A stretch of DNA of 63,998 bases, the filler included, from Stramenopiles sp. TOSAG23-3 (taxonomy: Eukaryota): assembly GCA_900128585.1 (NCBI GenBank). It is 4 parts of 4 records of this genome, joined end to end, with 100 filler letters (N's around TTAATTAATTAA, not from the genome) between each part and the next. Parts side by side here need not be neighbours in the genome. Positions count along the whole stretch, not along the records: positions 49,671 to 63,998 come from LT642572.1; 3 more parts are not named here. One strand, 5' to 3'. The translations under genes were made by a program, and so were the position numbers. Position 1 is the stretch's first letter. Every line of letters begins with the position of its first letter. Of the stretch, positions 52,057-61,463 are shown in pieces. The notes below the pieces were generated by a model. That model did not search any database and was not told the DNA's origin. It saw only the letters and a program-made list of their open reading frames with translations.

Positions 52057-52766
52057 CGTTCAATTTGAGACACACAGTAGTGCAGACAGGAACGTCCTTT
52101 CTTGCTCTACTCTAACACTTGAAAGAAGAAAACAAAACAACAGAAACAAAAGCAGACGCCAAAAAGACTTTCTCTTTGCAATTGTTCATTTACCATACCA
52201 TCAAAACGTTTTCTTTTTTTATTTATTAATTATTATTTTTTTATGAAAAAATGGTTTATTTTACTCTTCTTCTTCTTCTTTATCTTCTATATATTACTAC
52301 TATATTATTATACTGTAGTAAAACAAAAAATTCAAACAAAATTTAAAACGGTAATAAAAAAAAAGAATTATGATACGATGAAACTCCTCCTATTTAGTAT
52401 TAAATACCTTCCTGTCTTCCTGTATCATCATACCCTATTTCCTATAATAATACGACTAAAAAACAAGAAAATTGGCTGTTATTTATATAAGTAATAAGTA
52501 AGCATAATTAATAATTAAATTTCGCTTCCTCATAATATACGTAATTAACTATATCTTCGTTACCCGTTCGTCGCGTACGAGGATCCTCGTACCGGTACGG
52601 TACAGGTAGCTTCCTCTCCCCTCTCTCCTCATAGTCTTTACGATCCTGTTGTCATGGAACGTGATCCGGAACATAATATTTTCGTAAAAATATTCAAATA
52701 AAAATGTTCAAGGGGTGGTATAATATGTGACGGAGGTTCTTTTGCCTCCCTGCTCCTCTCTAAGAA

Positions 52767-53738
52767 TTACTTCTTCGTATCGACAGGCAAATCTGACATA
52801 CCATACTCGGTCCAAGACCCGTCGAATAGCTTTGTGTTTTCAGTTCGTCCCACTATTTCCAGAGCGGCAAGAATGATGCACGCTGTCACTCCCGACCCGC
52901 ATGACGTGATAATTGGCCTACTGGTGTCTTGGATAAGCCCTTCAGGCGCGGCCTGATCCAGCCGAACGGTAAGTAAATCGGTATCCAATAGCCCGCTTCC
53001 ATCTTCCGTCAGCAAGCTTTGGAACGGAACGTTCACACTTCCCGGAATGTGACCCGTCCGAACGCCTTCGCGTGGCTCGTCCACGTCTCCGTTGAAACGT
53101 GGGCCCCCCCTCGCATCGAAAATGGTCGATTTTGTGTCATTTAACTTCGACTGATTCATGTCGCTCAAGGATGCAAGTCGACTATGTTCTGCAACGGCAC
53201 GAAAAGATCCCCCGAGTGCTTGCGGACCGTTTGTCTCATCGCCTGCAATAGTCTCAAAATTCTGGCCTTTCCATGCCGGCAGCCCGCCGTCCAAGATATA
53301 AACGTTTCGGTGGCCAAAATATTTGAAGAGCCACCAGCACCGTGCAGAGCTAAATAGCCCGACTGAGTCGTACGTGACAACGGTTGATTCGTTTGTAACC
53401 CCGAATTCTCTCGCTGCCTCTTGGAAAAATTCAGCCGTGGGCAAAGTGTGGGGCAGTGGGGAGGAGCTATCGGAAATGCTGTCAATGTCGAAAAACTGGG
53501 CAGTTGGTATTCTGTCCTGCATAAATTCTTCCCTCGCATTTCGGTCAGATCCTGGCATGTGCCAAGAACTGTCAAAGACAACAATATCGTTTTCACCTTT
53601 ATCTAATTTAGCAGCAAGTTCTGCCGGTTTCACCAGAACATTACCGCGCCCAGCCGACGCCGCATTCGAGAGACCTGCTCGCCCAACCCCCCGACCTGAC
53701 CTTTTTGAAACGGTCCGAGCAACTAAAAGGAGCACCAT
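52767..53738 (-). CDS. MPST: 3-mercaptopyruvate/thiosulfate sulfurtransferase (two-domain rhodanese), probably mitochondrial
   Basis: FDSSWHMP, SARCWW..KYFGH, LDGGLPAW, DAR...RF.G, GHIPGS, CGSGVTA and DGSWTEY. Arg-rich presequence. Confidence 0.95.
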   Translation of the reverse strand: MVLLLVARTVSKRSGRGVGRAGLSNAASAGRGNVLVKPAELAAKLDKGENDIVVFDSSWHMPGSDRNAREEFMQDRIPTAQFFDIDSISDSSSPLPHTLPTAEFFQEAAREFGVTNESTVVTYDSVGLFSSARCWWLFKYFGHRNVYILDGGLPAWKGQNFETIAGDETNGPQALGGSFRAVAEHSRLASLSDMNQSKLNDTKSTIFDARGGPRFNGDVDEPREGVRTGHIPGSVNVPFQSLLTEDGSGLLDTDLLTVRLDQAAPEGLIQDTSRPIITSCGSGVTACIILAALEIVGRTENTKLFDGSWTEYGMSDLPVDTKK

Positions 53739-53892
53739 GGCGAACGCTTGGAAAGAGCACGCAACAAACGAAACACAGCTACTACGGTGAAATATTATTT
53801 TGGTATATTATATGTGTATGTACGTATATTTAATGCAAATTCATGTAGCGCGTTACGAGAATGTGAATGATGATGATGTGAACAAAAAATAT

Positions 53893-54028
53893 CTTCTTCT
53901 TTCTTTCTTTCTTCTTCTCTTCTTCTTCTTCTTCTTCTTCTTCTTCTTCTTCTTCTTCTTCTTCTTTCTTCTTCTTCTTCTTCTTCTTCTTCTTCTTTCT
54001 TCTTCTTCTTCTTCTTCTTCTTCTTCTC
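53893..54028 (+). repeat. (CTT)n microsatellite
   Basis: Direct reading. Confidence 0.97.
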
Positions 54029-54238
54029 CTCTTCTCCTTCTCAGCAGAGAAGAGAGGAGGTAAGGTACCGTACCGTAGGAGGGAGAGGAGAGAAGGAGAG
54101 AAGAGAGAAGAGAGAGGAGATGAGGTAGTTGGTGGAGATTGAAAAGAAGCATCATATTATACTCGCAATTCGTGCCCCCTTTGAATTCACAGAAGAACAG
54201 GCTCACTATGGCGAACGAAATATTATTGTCCTGGGTTC

Positions 54239-55825
54239 ATGGTTTCAGATGCCACCCCTTTGAGTTTAAGCTACTCAAACCACCATGTAGAGAAGAATAT
54301 CATACCGTTAATGATGTCCTCTTTTTACTCGAACCGACGGTGCATTCCTAACCTTGTTAAGCGGAGCCGCCAGTCCGTGGTAGAGTCGAAGTTTTACATC
54401 GGCGTTGGGTTTGAATTGGCCGAGCTCAACCGAGCCTACCACCGCGTTAAACACGCGATTTGTAGTGGGAGAGAGATTTTTGCTTCTCCCACCCATCGCG
54501 TATTCTATTGCACACGCAGCGGCAGCGATGACGAAGGCTCTGCGGACCGGTGGCATATAGAGCGCAAGAGCGACGGTAAGTGTGTTGCGTTCGCTTGTGA
54601 CCACCGTGGCGTAGAGTTAATCGCCTGGAAGTGCAAGGACAACCAAAGCTGGGCTGTTTCGATGGGGCGTTTGCAGTCCACAACTTCACAGGCAAAATTT
54701 GAAGTCGAGTGCTCTTCTGTCCCCCGGGCTTTGCGAAAACGAACCATCCAAGGATTTCACGGCGGCTGCAACAAGGTTTACCAAGAGCACCGGATCGCAG
54801 GGTTTGTGGTGTTTGTAGAGAAAGGCACAATTGAGGCCTTCGGCCTACGCTTAATCCGCCAGCTGTGTTTGGATCTGCAAGAGCTCGCACGCGTGATTCC
54901 AGCGCTCTGGTTTGCCAAAATGCGCGTGGGGTTACGAATATGGGTAAACAGGGCTTCGCTATTGTTTGGAAAGCCACAGCACGGGGCGTGCCATCACTCA
55001 TCTGAAGGTTGGCTTCTAGAGCATGAAAACATGGTCGAAAAAGTCCACAGCGTTGAGATCCACGATGCCCACCATTACTTGACCGATCGTGGCTGCTGGT
55101 CTGGCATGTTGCTACACGAGTGTTCTCATTGGGTGCACCATGAAGCAAACATTGTGGAAGGGGCCGTTGGGTGGACCCGTTTGCCTGCGGCAACCATTTC
55201 GTTCGTTGCAGCAGAGTCGGGGGCGGTCCAGGCGAGGGGGTTTCCTTCCCTGGGTATGAACGGGGTGTACATTGAAACTGGAAAGTTGTGCAGCGAAAGA
55301 CCAATCTATAGCAATGGAGTCTTCTACTTGTACCGCACGGACAGTTGCAACCACGACGATAGCAAGCGCGCAGATCGATGGCATGTCGAGATTCGACCAT
55401 TGGAGAGAGGCAAAGCGCGGGTACTAGCGTACGCCTGTGGTGGCGCGGATCTGCGCACTTGCAATGGTCATTGGAACGCCCAGAACAATTCTAGCATAGA
55501 CGTGCGCATCACCGAAGCCCTCGAAGCGGCCGTTGCCTTGGGAATATACAATTCAAACCAAGAACGGGCAAATAGCCGTGGCCGCACGAGTGTCCTCCAG
55601 GAACAAGCTTATTGCATGACTGATTATAAGGAGTACTTTGCTGTTTGTTCGACTGCATTCTTCTCGAGTAGGCATTTCTTCAATGATTACTACCCGTTCA
55701 CACATGGCGAGCTCAGGGAGTACGACAGCTGTGGGTATCAAATGTGCGAACAGGTCTGGGGCATTAAGGGTGAGGATGTCCCAACACGCCACGAGGTGCC
55801 GATTGCGTACCCAGAAAGGGCGTGA
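54239..55825 (+). CDS. HExxH zinc metallopeptidase-like protein with duplicated accessory domain
   Basis: LLHECSHWVH, AYCMTDYKEYFA and NDYYPF...ELREYD, resembling bacterial lethal-factor/MtfA-like gluzincins. Confidence 0.8.
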   Translation: MVSDATPLSLSYSNHHVEKNIIPLMMSSFYSNRRCIPNLVKRSRQSVVESKFYIGVGFELAELNRAYHRVKHAICSGREIFASPTHRVFYCTRSGSDDEGSADRWHIERKSDGKCVAFACDHRGVELIAWKCKDNQSWAVSMGRLQSTTSQAKFEVECSSVPRALRKRTIQGFHGGCNKVYQEHRIAGFVVFVEKGTIEAFGLRLIRQLCLDLQELARVIPALWFAKMRVGLRIWVNRASLLFGKPQHGACHHSSEGWLLEHENMVEKVHSVEIHDAHHYLTDRGCWSGMLLHECSHWVHHEANIVEGAVGWTRLPAATISFVAAESGAVQARGFPSLGMNGVYIETGKLCSERPIYSNGVFYLYRTDSCNHDDSKRADRWHVEIRPLERGKARVLAYACGGADLRTCNGHWNAQNNSSIDVRITEALEAAVALGIYNSNQERANSRGRTSVLQEQAYCMTDYKEYFAVCSTAFFSSRHFFNDYYPFTHGELREYDSCGYQMCEQVWGIKGEDVPTRHEVPIAYPERA

Positions 55826-56451
55826 TTAGTGTTTTTGGAAAAAAGATGTGGAGTACTCCTCGTATTTTTTAAAACAAATAAGTAATTCTTAGAATGTCTA
55901 AATCTAGATTTCAGTTCGCATAATAATACATTCATTAAATATTATAACAGAAGAAGAAGAAGAGAGAGAAAAGAAGAAAAAGAGGAAAGAAGAAAGAAGA
56001 ACAATAGGAGGAGATGAGGAGATCTAAACTTAAAAATAAAATAATGCACAAACTTAGTATTAAATAGGAAAATGATAAAAGTATACAATCAATTTAGTTG
56101 TGGTAATTATATATATAAATAGTATAGACTATGTAGTATATACATATAAATAAGGAAGGGGAGTCCATATAATAAAGGAGTTATATATTTAACTAGTATG
56201 TAATAGTAAAGAGTAAAAATGGGAACGACAGCAGAGGGAGGGAGGGGATGATGGAGGGAGGAAGAAGAAGAATATGATCATTTTATAAAAAATTAGAGCT
56301 TCATGGAAGATAAAGAAATGTATGTAATGATGATTATTGACGTGAGTGTGTGTGTGTGTGTGTTCAGGCATTTAAATGTGCATGAAACAGAGGGAAGGGA
56401 AGGAAACATAAGGCGGTGGGCCAATTTGGAGTTTATTTGCAGCACGTAATC

Positions 56452-59400
56452 ATGGTTTTAGAGTCCAGCAAAGAGGCCGCGACCAACGCGAGGGAACTCA
56501 GCGAAAAATCGGAGGCAGCGAGGGAGGACCCTGGGATGATTGCAGCGCTTTTGGGGTGCGGTATCCTGTACAAGTTCGGGCTCAAGCTGATGCCCCAGGA
56601 GAAGCGAGACCAGTTCAAGGCATGGAAGAAAAAGAAAAGGAAAGAATTTGAGAAATGGAAAAAGAACAACAAGACAAAGGTGCAAATGTGGCAAACCGTT
56701 GGGCTCTTGGCGGGCGGTCTCTTCACGTACAGCGATCTTGCAACAGACATTCTGGCCATCCAGTCCTTGTACAGCAGCGGCGAGGACGGCTGGGCTTTGG
56801 CAATGGTTTGCACACTAATTTTCCCAAGCATTTTGGCAATGGGAGGAATTTTGAAGTACGTGTACGACAACCACATCGAATACTTCAGGTGTGGGAATTG
56901 GTACTACATTTTCGCCTTGCCATTTTTTCACGCTGGGTTGGACTTGACTATGCCGTCCTTGATGATAATCGACCTGGTGTTCAAGACGAATTGGGGGAAA
57001 CGAAAAGCGAGGGGCTGGAAAGTGCGCAACACCGAGCTGAATACAATCCTAGGGGAGTTCTCCATGTTCCTCGACGCTTACAAGGCCGTTAGGACGGTGA
57101 CGGAAGCAGCCTTCGAGGCCTTTCCCCAAGTCCTGATTCAGTACATTTACGCAACCCGAAAGGACGGGTACAACTTTCAAGTCATGCTGTCCCTGTTCGT
57201 CTCCGTGTTCAATATTGTCCTCCAAGTCATCATGGTGTTCCTCTCGTCCATAAATTCCGGAAAGTCGATGAAAAATACCATCAAGGACTTGGTATCCTTG
57301 GGCGGCGGCCTGCCCACGGCTACGTTGGAAGGCAACAAGCAGAAGCGCCTTGTCATCCCTCACCGGCTAAACAAATACCAAATCAAGGCGTTCTGCAAGC
57401 TGTTGGAGGCCAACACGTCCGTGGAGGAACTGGACCTGACAATAGCAGGGTTGAAGGACGAGGGGTGCGCGCTGCTTGCGGACGTGATAAAGAAACGAAG
57501 GGAAAACACCGTTAAAGACCAAGCGTTTCCACTGCGGAAATTGGTATTGAACTGGAGCACCCTTCCGGGGAAGGAAGGGACTAAGAAACTTGCCGTAGAG
57601 TGGCACAAAAACATAGAAGAATTGATGAAGGTCGAACCGGAAGATAAGCTTGCTTTAAGCATCCGTTCCTCTGCAAGCAACGACAGCCTCGACGATTCGC
57701 TCGGCGCGTCAACGAGGAGTTTCGAAGACATGGCCGACACGACCATTCTGCTGGAGCCGCTGGTTTGGTCCGAGGTCAAATTGGCGTTTCCGGGAACGGC
57801 CGATTTGATCGCGGAAGGCCACCCGGTTGTTCCCGAAGAGCTCGTCTACGAGCGCATCCTGACCTCGGACGAGCTGGTCGCATTGGCAAAGGGCATGGAG
57901 CAAAACAAAACCGTGAAAGTTCTGAACTTGCCGAGCAACACGAAGAACGACAAAGCCGGGGTCCAGCACCTGGCGGCCATGGTAGAGAAAAACGTGACGC
58001 TGAAGCAGTTACACCTGCACAACATGAGGCTGGAAAACAGCGACGCGACGCTGTTTGGACATTCCCTGTCCCAGATCGAACAGATGAAGAAAAAGAACGT
58101 AGCGCATGCCATGGAACTCTTGGATTTGGACTACACTGATATTAGACCAATAAAGGAGGGATTTGAGAAACTCCTGATGTCCAACCACCCGACCTTGCCA
58201 GATACGTTGGACTACTGCGAGGCAAAGGCGAAAACTGAAGCAATGAAGCGGCAAGAAAGGCGCGTCTCTTATTGTTGTGGAATTTTGTCCGCGCCCCACA
58301 AGAGCAACAACTTGAAGGTGCATCCGGGAGGGGGTAGGGCAAAGTCGGTAAAGTCCCAGCACAAGTTGAAGCCGGAAGAAATGGTCCATTTGGCGCGGGG
58401 GTTGGGGAGCGTAGAAGACCACAGCGTTTCAAAGCTCATCCTCCCGTACAAAGAGTGCACCTCAGATGCTGTCCTAACCACTTTAGCCAAACAAATGATT
58501 GCAATAAACAAGACGCTCGAAGTGCGCTGGCAGGACAACGACAGCCTTTCTAGGCTAGACCGGCGTGAAATGAACGAAGCGAACCTGGCGGACGATGTGG
58601 GACCCGGAACATTTCGGCAATGGCACGAGTTTCCATTGTCAAACGGCTTTGCCGCGATGTTGAAGACAAACCAAGAAAAGACGCTGCCGTCCGAGCTGTT
58701 GTACAATTTGCGCGAAAAAACGTTGACGGAAGCAGACGTAAGGTTTATTTTTGAAGGATTAAAAACCAACACCACGGTTAAGAGGATCGATTTGACGACC
58801 AGCAAACTGACAAACGCAATGCTCAATAGCATTGCAGACGCGTTGAAGCCCGGCGGTGTCGGCGCAATGCGAACAAACCAAAACATTTCTGTGGTAGCAA
58901 AGTGGAATGAAATCGAACCGCTTGGGGGTGGTTTTGCCCAGTTTCTGATGACGAACCAGGCCAATTCTGTGCCACAGAAGCTGTCGTTTTCAAGGACTTT
59001 GGGACAAGACGAAATAATGAACTTGATGCAAGGAGTGGGAAAATGCCATGTCCTGAGCGAAGTAGACATCTGCAAGACGCCGTTGACAGACAAAGCCGCA
59101 GGCATGATTGCAGGCGCGTTGAGCGCCAACAAAAAAGTTAAAATCGTCTGCGAGTGGGACAAAATCGATACCATAGGGCCAGGTTTCGAAGCGCTTCTCA
59201 AGTGCCAGCAGAGAGTGTCGTTGCCCACAGAACTTGGGTTTGCGCGCCCCGTCACGGAAAACGAAATGGCCTACCTGACCAGGGGGATAGCCATCAACAG
59301 GACCATCGTATCTTTGGACTTGACAAAGTCCGAGAACATAAGCCAACAAACGGCCGAGAACATTGCCAGCATGATACACAACGCAGCCAATGACCTAAGC

Positions 59401-60900
59401 AACCATGAGACAAAGAACTGGGGCAACGCCGATGAGCTACCTACAGAAACCGAAGGGAACGACAAGAACGACAAGGCCGAAACCACCGACGTGTCCAACG
59501 GCCACCCTGTCCTAAGAACGTTGGCATTGCACTGGGAATCCTTCTCACCTGCGTCCGTTTCCAATCTAATCAGGGTAAACCAGGAAATTTTATGCCCCCC
59601 CAAAAGCCAATTGGACTTTTCAAAGCTCCCCGAAGAAGAATGGACCGTAGCGGCTGCCCGCGGACTGTCGGAGGCCCTCCAAAGCAATGACTATGTAATG
59701 GTCGTAGAGTTAAATTGGGACACTGTCCCAATCGATGCGATCGGGCAACTGCTCCTGGCCGGCCACGACGACTTTGCGTATTGCAAACCCACAAACTTGA
59801 ATTTGCTGACAAAGGGCGACGTCGATGTGGGGGAGAGCGGCATACCAGGATTGTACTCTGCAGAAGAACTTACGCATTTTGCAGAGGGCTTGAGCCACAA
59901 TGCCACATTGAAGGAATGCATCGCTGCCATTAACACAGACTGGGAGTACTTTCCTATCGAAGGCCTTGGGCACATCATAGCCGCCAACCACAAAGCGGGA
60001 CCGAAACGCCTTAACCTGAGCGGGCGCACTATAGACCAAGCAGCAGTGAAATCTCTCCAAAATGGGCTCAACCCTACACAAAAGACCGCCGGATCGACAC
60101 AAGCGATAAACACAGCAATGAGCACCTCGTCATTGGAGTGGCTGAACCTTGACTGGCTACGAGTTGAGGCACCGTCCACACCACTGGAAGAGGCTACCAC
60201 AGAAAAGTTTTTTCGGTCGAAACATGGGTCATTGACCCATTACGACGGGTTCTCTGTAGAATTGATCGATCTCGGGTGGGAAAAAATCCGGCAAATGAAT
60301 GTTGATTTAAACAAGGGCGGAAAGTTTCCCTGGGGGACTACAATATTGAAGGAAATTAGTCTTCTGCTTCGGACGAATGACTTGCGGCTCCCAAAGTTCC
60401 TAGATCTGAGCAATAGGAAATCAGAGAAAATGTGGGTAAGGGGAAAAGCAGAAAAAGAAGGAGAATACAGGAAACTGGTCAAGAGCTTCAAGACCAACAC
60501 AACGGTAGAAGAGTTGAACATGTCATCGAACAAGTTGGACTCTGATGCCATCAAAATCCTGTTCGAAGTTTTGGACCAGAGGGACATTTTTATGAAAGAG
60601 AACAAGGCACAAAATAATCTAAAGATTTTAAACCTGGCAAACAACGATTTGGGTACAAAGTCTGCTGCAGAGCAAGTCAAAGAGTACGTGTACACCACAA
60701 AGTTAGACATATTGGACATTTCGACTTCAACGATAACGAAAGAGGCAAGGAAAATCTTGAAACAGGCCAAACACATCACCAATGAAAAGTTTCAGCTGAG
60801 GATAAATGACAAAAGTAGCATTAACCACGTCGGAACGGGAGGGTATCGCATCGGTGCTTCTTTGGAAAATGAGAAAAAGGATGTTCGCGAATGGCAATGA
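56452..60900 (+). CDS. XK-related membrane domain fused to RNI-like leucine-rich repeats
   Basis: SDLATDILA, EAAFEAFPQVLIQ.Y and SLFVSVFNI are XK-like. Many N.TV..L.L repeats follow (NTSVEELDL, NKTVKVLNL, NTTVKRIDL, NRTIVSLDL, NTTVEELNM). Confidence 0.8.
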   Translation: MVLESSKEAATNARELSEKSEAAREDPGMIAALLGCGILYKFGLKLMPQEKRDQFKAWKKKKRKEFEKWKKNNKTKVQMWQTVGLLAGGLFTYSDLATDILAIQSLYSSGEDGWALAMVCTLIFPSILAMGGILKYVYDNHIEYFRCGNWYYIFALPFFHAGLDLTMPSLMIIDLVFKTNWGKRKARGWKVRNTELNTILGEFSMFLDAYKAVRTVTEAAFEAFPQVLIQYIYATRKDGYNFQVMLSLFVSVFNIVLQVIMVFLSSINSGKSMKNTIKDLVSLGGGLPTATLEGNKQKRLVIPHRLNKYQIKAFCKLLEANTSVEELDLTIAGLKDEGCALLADVIKKRRENTVKDQAFPLRKLVLNWSTLPGKEGTKKLAVEWHKNIEELMKVEPEDKLALSIRSSASNDSLDDSLGASTRSFEDMADTTILLEPLVWSEVKLAFPGTADLIAEGHPVVPEELVYERILTSDELVALAKGMEQNKTVKVLNLPSNTKNDKAGVQHLAAMVEKNVTLKQLHLHNMRLENSDATLFGHSLSQIEQMKKKNVAHAMELLDLDYTDIRPIKEGFEKLLMSNHPTLPDTLDYCEAKAKTEAMKRQERRVSYCCGILSAPHKSNNLKVHPGGGRAKSVKSQHKLKPEEMVHLARGLGSVEDHSVSKLILPYKECTSDAVLTTLAKQMIAINKTLEVRWQDNDSLSRLDRREMNEANLADDVGPGTFRQWHEFPLSNGFAAMLKTNQEKTLPSELLYNLREKTLTEADVRFIFEGLKTNTTVKRIDLTTSKLTNAMLNSIADALKPGGVGAMRTNQNISVVAKWNEIEPLGGGFAQFLMTNQANSVPQKLSFSRTLGQDEIMNLMQGVGKCHVLSEVDICKTPLTDKAAGMIAGALSANKKVKIVCEWDKIDTIGPGFEALLKCQQRVSLPTELGFARPVTENEMAYLTRGIAINRTIVSLDLTKSENISQQTAENIASMIHNAANDLSNHETKNWGNADELPTETEGNDKNDKAETTDVSNGHPVLRTLALHWESFSPASVSNLIRVNQEILCPPKSQLDFSKLPEEEWTVAAARGLSEALQSNDYVMVVELNWDTVPIDAIGQLLLAGHDDFAYCKPTNLNLLTKGDVDVGESGIPGLYSAEELTHFAEGLSHNATLKECIAAINTDWEYFPIEGLGHIIAANHKAGPKRLNLSGRTIDQAAVKSLQNGLNPTQKTAGSTQAINTAMSTSSLEWLNLDWLRVEAPSTPLEEATTEKFFRSKHGSLTHYDGFSVELIDLGWEKIRQMNVDLNKGGKFPWGTTILKEISLLLRTNDLRLPKFLDLSNRKSEKMWVRGKAEKEGEYRKLVKSFKTNTTVEELNMSSNKLDSDAIKILFEVLDQRDIFMKENKAQNNLKILNLANNDLGTKSAAEQVKEYVYTTKLDILDISTSTITKEARKILKQAKHITNEKFQLRINDKSSINHVGTGGYRIGASLENEKKDVREWQ

Positions 60901-61463
60901 CTGGCCTTCATAAAAATAATTAAAATTATTACTACTTAAATAACAGCCAAATGACACACAATTAGGATATTAAAAAAAAATTAATACAGGGAATTAGCAG
61001 GGAAGTGTTTTTTTATTTCACGAAAAAATGTTTTCTTTTATTTTCACTACTGTACCAATTTTAATAGGCTTAACGTGTTACAAGTACAAAAACATTGAAT
61101 TTTATCGAATAAACTTTAGATTTAATGAAGACTGTACTTGTAATTTAAGTTACCTATATATATTATATAAAAATAATGGTTTTAACATGAGAGCGAGCGC
61201 TTAACTTATTTTTTATTTTTTTTTTAAATAAATAATAATCGATCATCGATCATCGATGCCAACAATTCCTAATTATGATAGAATTTATAGAACCAACGAT
61301 TAGAAATAGGTTATGTGGATGATGCATATATATGTATGATGGAAAAGCTTTGTGTTTCGTCATATTATGTGATTTATTTATTTATTTGTTCTCTCGTGTT
61401 TTCATTTGTGTGTGTTTGTATCAAAGAGAGAGGGGGGAATAGATAAATTGTGATAAAAAGACC

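Noticed and set aside
10385-53738. Apparent functional clusters (GSS with MPST; BMS1 with URB2; channel genes)
   Set aside because: The genes are on different contigs joined by artificial linkers.
53800-54206. Poly-K/R/E and poly-F/L/S ORFs
   Set aside because: Translations of the (CTT)n microsatellite.
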